A DNA stretch of 64,000 nt from Histomonas meleagridis 2922-C6/04-290x (GCA_020184695.1 JAANOX010000069.1:124001-188000); one strand, 5' to 3'. Numbered from the stretch's first letter, positions 1 through 11,779 are shown. The notes: generated by a model from the sequence alone, not told the origin. Made by a program: numbers and translations.

Positions 1-567
1 TTCAATTTAGGTTATGTAAAATATTCAAAATGACTTTTTCATAATTTATAGTCACCTTGCTATTTCTTGGCAATTTCTCCATTGTTAATAATTGTCAATT
101 GTTTTTTTCCAAGTCTTTATCCAATTTGAAGTTAAATATTTACATTTTATTTATTCACAACAGTTCGTACTATTGTTTTAATCTTTCTATGATGTACTCC
201 ATGAAACTACACATGTTATATGAGTGAATTTCAAAAAAATAAAGCATGTAAGAAACTTATTTGTAATAATTTGATTTTAGTAAAAACCAAAAATAAATGA
301 AAAACTACTTGGCAAGTTCATTTTTATTATGATTATAAACAATGGCTCAACCAATTACTCCTTTATTAGTAAATTAGGAGCTCAGCTTCACGAAGTCAAA
401 TCATTCATTCAAAATATTCTATGAGTTCATGAATCGAAATTGAAATTTCAATTTGTCAAATTCCACTTTATCACAAGCGTTCAAATTCTATAAGCGCGAT
501 TGAAAAAGTGTTTTTCAAACAAAAGCATTTTCAATTACCAACGGTTGAACTGATTTTTACAGAAAAG

Positions 568-1680
568 ATGAAGGAGATCATAATCTACGGGCTTATCCTC
601 GCCCTGATTCTCCTTTTGCTCCTGGCTTGTAAGAAACCGGAGAAAAAGGACGAGCAGGACCAAGAGGAGGTCGTTGAAAGAGATATCAAACTTTCAGATA
701 ATGAAGAAGACAAAAATGAAGAAGAAGCTGGTAAAGAAAAAGAGAAAGAAAAGTCATCGTCGTCGTCGTCTTCATCTTCAGAAAAAGAAGGAAAAGGAAA
801 CGAAGAAGAAAAAGTAAGTAAAGAGGAAGATGAAGAAGAAAAAAGAAGAAGAGAAGAAGAAGATAAAATCCTCGCTGAAAGAGGCATTAAACTTGATGAA
901 TTCTCAGAAAGCGAAATATCAGAAAATGCTTCAGAAGAAGTTAAAGAAAAACATCAATGGAATCTAAACGTTCGTAAGATTACAAGAGCCATTGCTGTTA
1001 CCTCTAATCTTCGTGCCGTTAACTTTTGTTATGTTGATAAATTAATTGATGTCCGAGGTAAGAATCGTCCAATTGCTTATTTCGTACCTCCCAAGAGTTC
1101 CAATCTTTCCAAGGGTGGCGTTTTTATTTATGATCGTACCCAATGTCCTGATAATAAGATCTATCTCTTTGTTGGTCCATCAGCACCTAATAACTTAGTA
1201 CCACTTGGAGAACGCCTCCTTGGACTTATTGTCGAGAAAGCAAACAACCCAACTATTATCCGTGTCGAAAGGTCTCTTGAATCTTCAGAATTCAATGAAA
1301 TGATTCACGATATGGGCGGCAACATCATCATGATGCAAGAATCCGAGAAAGCTGGTGACCAATTCTTCTTTGAACTTCAATTCTTTGCCACATATCTCCA
1401 TATCTTCAACTTCGAAGTTGGAAAGAGCATGGAAGAAGTACACGTGAAGAAGCCGACATTAGATATATTACCGAAAGAAGGAGCTTCTGTTATCGATACA
1501 AGTGATAACAATATTTATCTTTATGTATCAGACGTTAGTGCACAAGAAGGACCTACTTATGATGAACTACAAAACGCACTGAAGTGGATGGGTGAGCAAC
1601 AAGAGTTCAAGAAAAAAGATGTCATCGTATTCGATTTGAAAACAGTCCCACCAAACCTCCAAATAATTTTCCAAAACTAA
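568..1680 (+). CDS. Hypothetical signal-anchored protein with acidic/Ser-rich low-complexity N-terminal region
   Basis: ORF track 508..1680; first ATG at 568 gives MKEIIIYGLILALILLLLLAC (hydrophobic leader), then an E/K/S-rich tract and a ~240-aa globular C-terminus of unrecognised family. Confidence 0.75.
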   Translation: MKEIIIYGLILALILLLLLACKKPEKKDEQDQEEVVERDIKLSDNEEDKNEEEAGKEKEKEKSSSSSSSSSEKEGKGNEEEKVSKEEDEEEKRRREEEDKILAERGIKLDEFSESEISENASEEVKEKHQWNLNVRKITRAIAVTSNLRAVNFCYVDKLIDVRGKNRPIAYFVPPKSSNLSKGGVFIYDRTQCPDNKIYLFVGPSAPNNLVPLGERLLGLIVEKANNPTIIRVERSLESSEFNEMIHDMGGNIIMMQESEKAGDQFFFELQFFATYLHIFNFEVGKSMEEVHVKKPTLDILPKEGASVIDTSDNNIYLYVSDVSAQEGPTYDELQNALKWMGEQQEFKKKDVIVFDLKTVPPNLQIIFQN

Positions 1681-1985
1681 ACAAAGTTTTTTCATTGTTA
1701 TACCATCTGATAACTTTAATTGTCTGAGTCATTTTTAGGCGAAAAAACTCGGTTAAAATTTGACATCGGTTTCCGATAAAATCGGCCAAGTATCAATTCA
1801 AAAAACATATGTTCAAAAAATGGAAAATCAGTTTTCACAGGCACTTTTCAAATAAACAATTCGAAACTGATGATAAGGTGTTTCAAAATTTATTTGCTCG
1901 AGCATTTTGTTCTGAAAAATTCAATTAATTCTGGATGAAAATTGAGAACTCGTAATCATCTCACATTTCACTTCATTTGTAATTT

Positions 1986-2648
1986 ATGTTTGGTTATTTT
2001 GGTGATCCATTCTATGATCCATTCGAATATAGACCAATAAGAATTTATCATCCATTCAGTGCAATGAATAGATACTTTGATCATCTTGAACAACGTTTGA
2101 ATACATTATTTGCTGATGCATTCGATGAAGAATTCCATAACATGATCGAACACGAAAAGCCTAAGGAAGAAAAGGAACAAAAAGAACAAAAAGAAGAAAA
2201 GCCTAAGGAAGAGAAAGAAGAGAAACCTCAAGATGGTGAATTCAAGAAAGAATTAAAGGAAACACAACACAAGATCTATGATAAGATTGAACACTTTAGA
2301 CCAAAGAACTATTATAGCACTTACTCATCACAAAGATACTTTAATGGTAATGAAAAATTCGAAGAAATTCGTGAACAAACTAATGATGGAGAAAAGACTT
2401 ATATTTCTAAGATCAAGAGAATCGGAAATCGTTGGTGTCAAGTCGATGAAGTTGTCGATAAAGACGGCAAGAAGACAACTAAAGAAACATGGCATAACGT
2501 AGGAGAAGACGAAATCGATGCATTCGAAAATGAATGGTCTTTAAGACGTGGTATTGAAGCTATTGGCAGCAAGGAAGAAAAGCCTGCAATCAAAGCAGAA
2601 AACACTGAGAAAAAGGAAGAAGCCAAGGAAGAGACAAAGCAACAATAA
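1986..2648 (+). CDS. Hypothetical protein, possibly myeloid leukemia factor (MLF)-like
   Basis: 220-aa ORF preceded by TCACT/TCATT initiator-like motifs. The F/D/P-rich N-terminus and the YYSTYSSQRYFNG...KIKRIGNR segment resemble MLF-family proteins from memory only. Confidence 0.6.
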   Translation: MFGYFGDPFYDPFEYRPIRIYHPFSAMNRYFDHLEQRLNTLFADAFDEEFHNMIEHEKPKEEKEQKEQKEEKPKEEKEEKPQDGEFKKELKETQHKIYDKIEHFRPKNYYSTYSSQRYFNGNEKFEEIREQTNDGEKTYISKIKRIGNRWCQVDEVVDKDGKKTTKETWHNVGEDEIDAFENEWSLRRGIEAIGSKEEKPAIKAENTEKKEEAKEETKQQ

Positions 2649-3275
2649 GCTCATCCAAGTAAACACGAAAACTAACTGAATTTTTTTATTTTTCCATTTA
2701 ACAAAAAAATTGTTTCAAATCGTATATGATGATGTTCCCATTCATTATTTGATAGTTCTTCAAAAGATAACTGGTGTATCAAGCTTAAATCGGAATTCAA
2801 CCAAATTTCATTTTATGCTGATTTTACAAACTCTTTTGATTTGTTGTATCATTGGAAATAAATTGGATATGATAGTTTTTACATAAACATATGAATTTAA
2901 TACTAGATTTCAAGGATTTATTCAATGATTTAATGGGATGTTTTTCACAATGTTAAAAAGAAATTAACAAAAGCCCATTCGATTAAATATCACTTAATTT
3001 GATATATGCAATTTTTCATCTTTTGGACAGGTTTTATACCTTAAAGCTGTAGGTAACACGCTAACATAAATAGAAATGTTCAGTGAATGAAGTAGTGCAA
3101 GTTGGACGTAAAAAAACTTTAAGTTCGTTAAGTTTTGCTAGTTGAATAGTTTACAAATAAAACGTTTATTTTATTTTTTTGTCACATTCAAAAATTGTAT
3201 GGATTCTTCTGAATTTTGATGTATTCATTTCAATTTCATTCGCTATTATAAATTCATACGGAACTCGACGGAAAA

Positions 3276-4364
3276 ATGCTTCTGCCTGTTTTTCTGGTAT
3301 TTCAATTCACATCATCTTTTGCGAATATCAATTTATCCATTACCAATCTTATTGCAAACAATTTTATATCTGATTCAGCCCTAGTTTCGACATCGAAATT
3401 TAAATTAAGAAGTAAGCTAACTATTATGAATTCATACTTCAATAAATTAACATCTTATTTAATTCTCTCGTCTAATAATCACATTAAGATCTTTCACTCA
3501 TCATTCCAACATATACTTCGTCCCATTTTAACGACAACATCAACACAACTTGAATGTTCTGATTTTACTTTTCCATATATTTCAAGTCCATCTAATAACA
3601 TTGAAATAGTTGGATGTACATTTACTAATATAGTACTTACAGTAATAATGTTTGACTTACGTGAAACTTCTTCTAAAACAAATGTTACATTTGATAAATG
3701 TGTATTTACAAATTCCTTATTCAAGCATTATATCATAAACAAGTTCAAAGGCCTTGATACACTTACATTAAATGAAATCACGATGCAAAATTTAACATTA
3801 GGCCTTCATCCGATTGGCACTGACATTATATATGGCGACACATTAAAACTATGTAATTATAACTTCACCGAAAATGTATATAATCAACGTGATAGTTACT
3901 TCTGGTTACAAGCAGATTACATTGATGTAAGTTATTTCCGAATGACACATTGTTCAAGTTATTGTTTTAATATATTTATGCAACCAGAATACACTTCGAA
4001 TATTAATTCGATATTAATATATAATAACAGTTTGAATAATATATTCTTTGATTATTTCGTCGACGTGTTTTATATCTCAGGAAAAGAGAATTACCTCCAA
4101 AATTCGATTTTCCAAGGAAATGTATACGAAGAAGGTTATGATGCGTATTGTGTCGATGTGTACGAGTCAGCAGAGAAAGTCGACATTAGAAATTGTTGCT
4201 TCGAGTTCGTCAGAACAAAGGCCGTGCATTACTATGACGAGCGACAAGTGACGATGGACGGGAACAGATATGGATGCGACTGCTTGAACCCAATGGAATT
4301 CGAATATGGAATTATTAGAGACGAAGTGAAGAAATTTAAAATGCCAAACGAATGTGATCAGTAA
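3276..4364 (+). CDS. Secreted protein, possible right-handed beta-helix (pectin-lyase-like) fold
   Basis: 362-aa ORF with hydrophobic N-terminus and repeated 'I.GCTFTN / FDKCVFTN / IRNCCFE / NSIFQGN' motifs typical of beta-helix repeats. Confidence 0.65.
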   Translation: MLLPVFLVFQFTSSFANINLSITNLIANNFISDSALVSTSKFKLRSKLTIMNSYFNKLTSYLILSSNNHIKIFHSSFQHILRPILTTTSTQLECSDFTFPYISSPSNNIEIVGCTFTNIVLTVIMFDLRETSSKTNVTFDKCVFTNSLFKHYIINKFKGLDTLTLNEITMQNLTLGLHPIGTDIIYGDTLKLCNYNFTENVYNQRDSYFWLQADYIDVSYFRMTHCSSYCFNIFMQPEYTSNINSILIYNNSLNNIFFDYFVDVFYISGKENYLQNSIFQGNVYEEGYDAYCVDVYESAEKVDIRNCCFEFVRTKAVHYYDERQVTMDGNRYGCDCLNPMEFEYGIIRDEVKKFKMPNECDQ

Positions 4365-4573
4365 ACAACGAATTTTTGTTATAATTATCAAAATTTGATA
4401 ATAGAAATTCTTTGTATAAATAAAAATATTATTTCGTTTTGATTAATGTTTCTTCTCATCTATTAAATTATTCTGTTTCGATCTCTCTAAAATGTTAGTT
4501 TAAAATATGAGAAATTCAATAAAAAAAATAAAAAAATATAAATAATTTAATTTATTTCTATGAGCTGTAATAT

Positions 4574-5571
4574 TTAGTTTATATTCATTTGAATTTCATC
4601 AGATGGATTTTTGGCAAGAAGCAATTCTTCAATTTCAGAATACTCTAATCCAATTGCTATTAGAAGTGCTGTATGATGTTCACATTATAAACTCCTAATA
4701 TTGCTTTGAAACATATAATAATTTGAATAGGCTTTAAATAGAAAATATAATCATTTTTTATTGTTGTGTCAATTCCATCTTGAGAAAGAAGTAATTTGAC
4801 AATTTCAGTATAACCTTTTTCAGTTGCTAACATTAATGCTGTTTTAAATTAAAACAATATAATCCAAAAATGTATAAAATACATTAAATTTATTGAGTAA
4901 ACTTTAATAAATACAAAAAAATATCTTTAGCATTTATATCAATACCTTTCTGCTCAAGAAGTAATTTAACTATATCAATGTGGCCATCATAAGATGCCCA
5001 CATAAGAGCTGTTTTAAACAATTTTGAAAAATCTTAAATAATATTATGCAACATCATTATATAAAAATAAATATTAAATAATTGAATTAAACATCTTTGG
5101 AATTAATATTAATTCCTTCAACTGTAAGAAATAATTTGATAATTTCAATATGACCATTTGCAGAAGCAATTAAAAATGCAGGCAGAAATAATATAAAAAA
5201 ATTCCAAATGTTATAATTGAACATAATAAAATCATTGAAATAAACGTTTTATAAAATAAACAAATTGTTTTATTATCAATATTTATTCCTTTTTGTTGTA
5301 GATGCAATTTAACAATTTCTGTAACACCATTTGCAGATGCGATCATTAATGACGTCCAATATCAAATTAATAAATTCCAAATTTTCTTTAAAAACATAAA
5401 AATATTAAAACAAACATTAAACATATAAAACAAATATTTCTAGCATTAAAATCAATTTCTTTTTGTTCAAGAAGTATTTTTACAATTTCGATATGACCGA
5501 AACTTGCTGCATTTATTAATGCTGTATTAAATCAACCAAATAAATTCCAAATTTTAGCAATAAACATGAAG
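4574..5571 (-). repeat. Interrupted ankyrin-repeat array A: six repeats, period 170/173 nt
   Basis: First codons of the repeats (T/P of TAL/TSL/PAF) start at 5525, 5355, 5182, 5012, 4842 and 4672. Periods are 170, 173, 170, 170, 170. The last repeat TALLIAIGLEYSEIEELLL... ends at TAA 4574-4576. Confidence 0.9.
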
Positions 5572-6816
5572 TTAAATAAAAAAAAACTTCATGTAAAACA
5601 AAAAAAATATCTTAAGCAAAAAACAAATTTCTTTTGCATTAATATTTATTCCTTTTTGCTTAAGAACATAATTAACGACTTCATTTATTCCTTGCTCAAC
5701 AGCAAAAATTAAAATGTTTTTTGGTATTTGACATTTTTCGAGGAAATATTTTACAAGAAAAATATTTCCATTTCTCGCAGCTTCATTAATTATATCATTG
5801 TTTATCTTTACTCCTTCATCTTCTAAATAAAAAAGAAGTTCATAATTATCAAACTCAATACATTTCATTAAAAGTTTAGTTAAATCTTTAATTTCGATGA
5901 TTTTATTTTCATAAATATATTTGAAAATATCATTTCGATGAAATTGTATTGCTGCTTCATATCCTTCTTCAAACGTCGAATGATTTTGTTCGCATAAATG
6001 AAAAATTTCAACATTTCCGCCTGCAATTGCATACTTTCCACAATTATCTATGTCACAATAATTCATAAGTAAATATTTAAAACATTTAACCGATCCATAA
6101 AATGCTGCATAATCAATATATGAAACATCTCCTTGATTAATATATGAATATCTTTCATAAAGTGATGGCTCAATAATTTGATTAAAATCAAAATTATCAC
6201 GTGATGTTAAATCTTGAAGTCTTTCTAAATCATCTTTCTTTATTGATTTTGTAATTTCTGTTGGATTAAATCCATCTTGAATTAGTTTTTTATGAACTTC
6301 CCAACCATCATTTTTGAATTCTTTAATGTTTTTATAGTAATGTGATTGATTAAAATTTTCTAATTCATCGTCTGACATGTGATGTGCAAAATATAACGTT
6401 TTTTTGGAAAAATTTGGTTTGATCAAGTCTTTTTCGATCATATTTTCAAGAATCCAAAATGATTCTTGTGTATTTAAGTTAAGAAGAAATAGTGTAAATA
6501 CAGAAATTATATTGGACTGATTTTTGTAAATTTCGTTTTCTTTTCTATCAACATATGATAAAAATTCTAAAAAATCAAAAACGTCAGATCTTTCCGAAAT
6601 GTATTGTGCATACATTAATCTACAAATCACAAAATTGAAAGTATATGGAAATTCTTCATCAAATAATGAGAATATTAAATCAGCTGAAGTCGCGATATTG
6701 TCTTTCTCTAGACAAGATAATATGTTTTCCAATGATTGGAGAAATTGTTTTCCATTCATTGGCTCTTTGGTTTTCATCAAATAAAAAATTTTATCGTACC
6801 ATAATATAACGGGCAT
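5572..6816 (-). CDS. DUF3447-type ankyrin repeat protein, N-terminal uninterrupted part (gene A)
   Basis: Motifs FDFNQIIEPSLYERYS, YAAFYGSVKCFKYLL, AIAGGNVEIFHLCEQ, AIQFHRNDIF typical of the expanded parabasalid DUF3447/ankyrin family; paralogous to 27809..29095 and 34779..35835. Confidence 0.85.
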   Translation of the reverse strand: MPVILWYDKIFYLMKTKEPMNGKQFLQSLENILSCLEKDNIATSADLIFSLFDEEFPYTFNFVICRLMYAQYISERSDVFDFLEFLSYVDRKENEIYKNQSNIISVFTLFLLNLNTQESFWILENMIEKDLIKPNFSKKTLYFAHHMSDDELENFNQSHYYKNIKEFKNDGWEVHKKLIQDGFNPTEITKSIKKDDLERLQDLTSRDNFDFNQIIEPSLYERYSYINQGDVSYIDYAAFYGSVKCFKYLLMNYCDIDNCGKYAIAGGNVEIFHLCEQNHSTFEEGYEAAIQFHRNDIFKYIYENKIIEIKDLTKLLMKCIEFDNYELLFYLEDEGVKINNDIINEAARNGNIFLVKYFLEKCQIPKNILIFAVEQGINEVVNYVLKQKGININAKEICFLLKIFFLFYMKFFFI

Positions 6817-7002
6817 TTTGTAAACTATTTAATTTCATAAATAAACTTAACAAAATTGAGCAAAACCATTAAAACCGTTTACTTTTTTTGTACAAAACTT
6901 CAAAACTTTTGAAGATATTTTAGTAATTTTTCATGTAAAAAACAAAATACAATTGCGCATGAGAATTTTTTTACTGACTTTGTACGTTTTTCCTTAAATT
7001 AA

Positions 7003-8046
7003 TTATTTTCCCCAATCTTTATATAGATGATTTGTATAAATTGAAACACCGTAAAAGTGATTTGCAAAACTTTCGTTACTTAACTGTTGCATTACACCAC
7101 TTACATCAGCATTTAATGGTTCTTCATTAAAATCATAATCATCAAGTCCCATTCCTACAACAGTATCGACTCCATCACCCAAATAACCTCTTGCTCGTTC
7201 TGTTACACGGCTTACACTTCCACCAGCTCCTTCGTATATCATTGGTGCCACCATATGTAAACGCTTAGAATTGACCATATCATATCCATGACCATGTGTG
7301 TAAGTTCCACTAGCGCTGCGCTCTGGGAACCACCAAGCAACAGCTGATGAGAGCAAGTAATGTTCGGAATAACTTGATACAATTGTTCGAACTTCTTCTA
7401 AAAGAACTAAAAACTGATCTAAAATAGCGTTTTGTTCCTCTTCCGTTGAACTAGCCCATTGATCAAGACCATGAGGTTCTGCATCTAAATGGATTCCATC
7501 GATAACAATATTGTTATCTCGTAAAAAGGTGCAGATTTGGTGGATAAGCGATTTGGCACCATCGACATCGTAAATGAAACTTGTATCTTCCAAAGTCATC
7601 CAATGAACATGGATACCAACATCTTGAAAGGCTTTGATATTGGCAGCAGCATTGCTAGTGTCAAGGGAAAGGAAAACATAGTTCCATCCTTTGGATTTTG
7701 CAAATTGAGCATTGTATTCTGGAGTATGATCATTCACGTAATAAAACCAACCACCTATGCAATTGTGATTATCAGCACCACAAAGGGAAGGAGATTTCTC
7801 TCCTGGAGTGGGAGTAGGAGCAGGAGTATTAGAAGGAGCAGAAGTAGTAGTAGGGGCAGAAGTAGTAGTAGGGGAAGAAGTAGCAGTAGGGACAGAAGTA
7901 GGAGTGAGAGTTGGTTGATCTCCTCCTTCATCACCATTATCTATTGCAACAGCCAACACAACTACTACCACAACGATAAAAGCTACAAGTCCAATAATAT
8001 AAAAAATTCTATCTTTGATCCAAGCTCCAAGTGGCTGAGCCGACAT
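7003..8046 (-). CDS. Single-pass membrane protein with Thr/Pro linker and glycoside-hydrolase-like (GH18-like TIM barrel) domain
   Basis: TM segment IFYIIGLVAFIVVVVVVLAVAI; PTTTSAP linker repeats; DGIHLDAEPH resembles the GH18 DxxDxDxE strand. Confidence 0.7.
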   Translation of the reverse strand: MSAQPLGAWIKDRIFYIIGLVAFIVVVVVVLAVAIDNGDEGGDQPTLTPTSVPTATSSPTTTSAPTTTSAPSNTPAPTPTPGEKSPSLCGADNHNCIGGWFYYVNDHTPEYNAQFAKSKGWNYVFLSLDTSNAAANIKAFQDVGIHVHWMTLEDTSFIYDVDGAKSLIHQICTFLRDNNIVIDGIHLDAEPHGLDQWASSTEEEQNAILDQFLVLLEEVRTIVSSYSEHYLLSSAVAWWFPERSASGTYTHGHGYDMVNSKRLHMVAPMIYEGAGGSVSRVTERARGYLGDGVDTVVGMGLDDYDFNEEPLNADVSGVMQQLSNESFANHFYGVSIYTNHLYKDWGK

Positions 8047-8557
8047 AAATCAACTCGTGGAGATTAAATTCCTTGAATTCAAAAATTTGTTTACAAATTT
8101 GTATAGTTTTAATTCAAATATCAATCTTTCACCATATTGAATAGTTTACTTGTGCGTGACTGTAATTAAATTTCTGTTGAAAGTTTATACTGATCGAACA
8201 ATTATTTCAATAAATTGGACATGCGAGTATCGATTTCTCTATATGAATTTTAATTATTCTAAAAATATTATAATATATATATATAAACAATTGCATTATT
8301 TAATATAATGTGTTCGTTCATCAATTTTTTTTGGTAAAGATAATTATTTAGTAAAAACCAGTATATTAATTTTAATCGTATATCAAACAAAGATTATTAT
8401 TGCGCACCGATATTTACTTTCAGAAATAATGAATTATCATTGCTGGATGTTTCTCTAATAATTATTATCCATCACAAAAAGATCTTTATGCAATCTTTCT
8501 ATTTTTTAAATTAAATCTTCAGTAGTATACATAATATTTATTAATATATATATAATA

Positions 8558-11392
8558 TTATGATCTCCATGAAATCGGAATTCCATATCTAACAATTGCA
8601 CCACCTGTAATTGTTTTTAATATACAACAATTTCTTCCCTTTGCTATCGCGTCATCCAAGTCGGCACATTTATTTTTCAAAAACTGATTAAGTGTTCCCA
8701 CCAAAACACGGTCAGTATCGAGGTTAAATACGTTCCACAAATTTCCAACGATCGAATTTGAACCCGCGGCAACGCAATAATAAGGAGAACCACAAGGTTC
8801 GCATTCACCATTATCTTCTAATCTATTACTTCTACAGCCCATTAAAAACATCGAAACACGAATATCACAATCATCTTCGACAAACTTTTCATAATCACAA
8901 AACTGTGAACCACTTCCATGACCACAATAAGTGTAAATATCTTTAGTTTGAAATTGTTGAATCAAATAAGACGAAGAAGGAATATTTCGAACGGTTCCAT
9001 CCCATAAATTTCTTTTGAATAAATCCAACGTTGATTCTTTAAAACTCGAATCTTTACATGGATCAATAACATAATAACCAGATTTGGTATTAATAAAAGA
9101 AGGAACTTCTTTACCTAAACATAAGATTCGAAGTGATGGAATCCGTGAAATAGGTGAATCATGTTCACGTAAAGAAGGTAATGATTCCCAAGGAATTCTA
9201 TGAATATGTTTACCTAGAATTAATGCTAATGGTAATTTTTTGATACATTTAACATTAAGTGGAAGTGGTAATTGAATTAATTGTTCAAGTTGAGCTTTAG
9301 TTTTTAATTGTTGTTGTTTTGAAGTTATTGTTTGTAAATATGATAAACAAATCGTTTGAATCAAATGTAACTTGGTGGAAAATTCACATGGCATAAAAAG
9401 ACCAATCCAAATTCCAAGAACTTCATCTTGAAACTTTTGGAGTTGTTGAATAAAATGACTTTCGTTTTGTTTTTGTTTTTCCCACCATATTTTAGAATTA
9501 ATATTTTCTGGGATTTCCATATTATGTTCAGCTTTATCAATGCATTCAATGATTCCTTCAATACTTGAATTAACTTTAAGACGTATAACGAATGGCCTCG
9601 AATGCTTTGGATGATATAATGCCATTAAAAGACATTGTTCTAATCCAACAACATTAAAATATGCAATTGAAAGAACAGGAAAATCAAATTTACATGAAGT
9701 TTGATTATGTTTTCTTAAGAAGTTATCAAACGTTGTTGATAATGAAGTAGTTATAAGTAAAGCAGTTTCTTTTAAATTCGAACAACCAATAACAAGTGCT
9801 TTAAGTTGTCGAATTTTTCGCAGAATAATAGAATATCCATGTGCATATTTCTCAGCTTCTGTTAAAAGCTCTAAAATAATTGGGTTTGGTGAAACAGGAT
9901 TATTTAAACTCCAAATTTCGTCCAAGTTTTCAAATTGCGCATATTCAATAGCTTTATGATAATAATATAATGCTAATGTATCTTTATATTTTTTGCAAAA
10001 GGTACTAAGCTCGTCAATATCTGGATGTATTCCACTAACTCTTAACTGAGTTATATAATAATGAAAAGCAATTCTTTTTATAATATCATTATTACTTTGG
10101 AATACTTTTCCATAATAATGTAAAGCATTAGGATCACAATTAAGTGAAAATGTTATTGCATTATATAAACTGATGGTCGCATTCCAATCATAATTACTAT
10201 AATTATATTTTAATTCAATTGGTATAAAACTTTTTACATCGTTAAGATTAATATGAATCTTTAAACTTAACGCAGATATAATTTGTAATGCAAATGGATA
10301 ATGTGAAAAGATTTTTTGCATTTGATCTACATAAAATTTCGATCGATGACAAAGTCCACATGCATCAAAACTATAAGATATCCAATAATGTAAAAAAAAA
10401 TTCATTAGTAATGTTCGTGGTGATATTTTGCTTTTCGGAAGTTTCTTTAAAACTTTAACCGATTGAAGTGCACATTCATAATATGAACCACGTTCAAAAT
10501 ATTGATAACATTCACAATAATCTCGATATAGATCTTTTTGATCAACACAAATTTTGTTTGGTGGCACAATCAAATCGGGAAAAAATGATTTGTACGTTTC
10601 GAATTTATGAGTTAATTCGAGATATCCGTTCAATGCAAAATATGGAAGAATTGGTTCTGGATCTGTACACCTTTTGAATGAAGGAAGCATCATTTCAACT
10701 CTTTGTGGTGGATGATTTACTATTATTGTGAGCATACATCGATCAGGTTTAATTAACAAATTAAGCCATTTGAATATTTCATCATCATTACATTTGCCCA
10801 TTCCAACCAAACAGTTAACAATAAGAGTGATTACTTTTTGCTGAAATGGTTCCTTAAAATTACTTTGGTTGATTTCTAATAATTGAGATAATCGATATGA
10901 AAAATCAAACTTTTTGTTTTTGAATAAGTAAGCACATATATTAAATATTTCTGATTCTGTAATAGATTTACGTTCTTTTGATATTGAAGAAGATACTTTT
11001 AAACATCCAATAAGGACATCTTTGATTTCATTTTTGAGCTCTTGCCCATTATATTTACAGTGTTTAACAATTTTTGCTAGTTGGACAAAAATAAGTGCAT
11101 CAACACCACGTGATTTTTTGTGATCACTAAATTTACTAGCATTATTTAAAATAATTGAAGAAAACTTTTCAATAATAAAAATTAATCTGCTCATTATATC
11201 TGGCTCTATTTGCTCAATAACTCCTGGATATGAATTTCTTGGTGCAACTAATTTTCTTATTTGATCCGCTAACATTAAGAAGTTTGATATATTTTGTGAT
11301 TCTTTTTCAGCTTCTTTCATTAGCTGGTAAATTTGTTGCATTGGATATCTGTCTGTATTAAATTTTAAACGAATTACTAAACGTACATCCAA
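8558..11392 (-). CDS. ESP1: Separase (peptidase C50)
   Basis: C-terminal IPWESLP...ISRIPSL, YYVIDP, YCGHGSG (catalytic His), FLMGCRS (catalytic Cys), IVGNLWNV...DTDR. Confidence 0.9.
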   Translation of the reverse strand: MDVRLVIRLKFNTDRYPMQQIYQLMKEAEKESQNISNFLMLADQIRKLVAPRNSYPGVIEQIEPDIMSRLIFIIEKFSSIILNNASKFSDHKKSRGVDALIFVQLAKIVKHCKYNGQELKNEIKDVLIGCLKVSSSISKERKSITESEIFNICAYLFKNKKFDFSYRLSQLLEINQSNFKEPFQQKVITLIVNCLVGMGKCNDDEIFKWLNLLIKPDRCMLTIIVNHPPQRVEMMLPSFKRCTDPEPILPYFALNGYLELTHKFETYKSFFPDLIVPPNKICVDQKDLYRDYCECYQYFERGSYYECALQSVKVLKKLPKSKISPRTLLMNFFLHYWISYSFDACGLCHRSKFYVDQMQKIFSHYPFALQIISALSLKIHINLNDVKSFIPIELKYNYSNYDWNATISLYNAITFSLNCDPNALHYYGKVFQSNNDIIKRIAFHYYITQLRVSGIHPDIDELSTFCKKYKDTLALYYYHKAIEYAQFENLDEIWSLNNPVSPNPIILELLTEAEKYAHGYSIILRKIRQLKALVIGCSNLKETALLITTSLSTTFDNFLRKHNQTSCKFDFPVLSIAYFNVVGLEQCLLMALYHPKHSRPFVIRLKVNSSIEGIIECIDKAEHNMEIPENINSKIWWEKQKQNESHFIQQLQKFQDEVLGIWIGLFMPCEFSTKLHLIQTICLSYLQTITSKQQQLKTKAQLEQLIQLPLPLNVKCIKKLPLALILGKHIHRIPWESLPSLREHDSPISRIPSLRILCLGKEVPSFINTKSGYYVIDPCKDSSFKESTLDLFKRNLWDGTVRNIPSSSYLIQQFQTKDIYTYCGHGSGSQFCDYEKFVEDDCDIRVSMFLMGCRSNRLEDNGECEPCGSPYYCVAAGSNSIVGNLWNVFNLDTDRVLVGTLNQFLKNKCADLDDAIAKGRNCCILKTITGGAIVRYGIPISWRS

Positions 11393-11779
11393 ATGTCACT
11401 TTTCATATTATCAATGAATACAAAATTCAAATCTATTCATGATATAATATTATCAGCTTTCTACCATAATGCAAACTTTATGTTTTTGGAGGTTTTCATA
11501 TTATACCATTGATACTATTGTATTATTTTTCATTCATTAAAATATTGAATAATAATAAAAAAATTATTCACCAACAAAATTATCTTAATAACAATAGTAA
11601 TGTTTTTTTAGTTATTTTTAAATTGTGGTTGGTTTCTATTTGATGTTTATGTCTTCATTTTTTCTTTTGAAGATTGAATTAAAAGTGATCGTTTCCATGT
11701 CTGGTTTTAAACGGTCGAAATGATCACAATGTGAAGTCAGAAATTGTCAACCTCAAAAAGTTACAGCGGAAACACCAAA

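Noticed and set aside
585-887. Short antisense or overlapping ORFs (e.g. 585..887, 7537..8067, 23941..24480, 42732..43556, 51081..51482, 63668..63943)
   Set aside because: Shadow frames of low-complexity or repetitive real genes.
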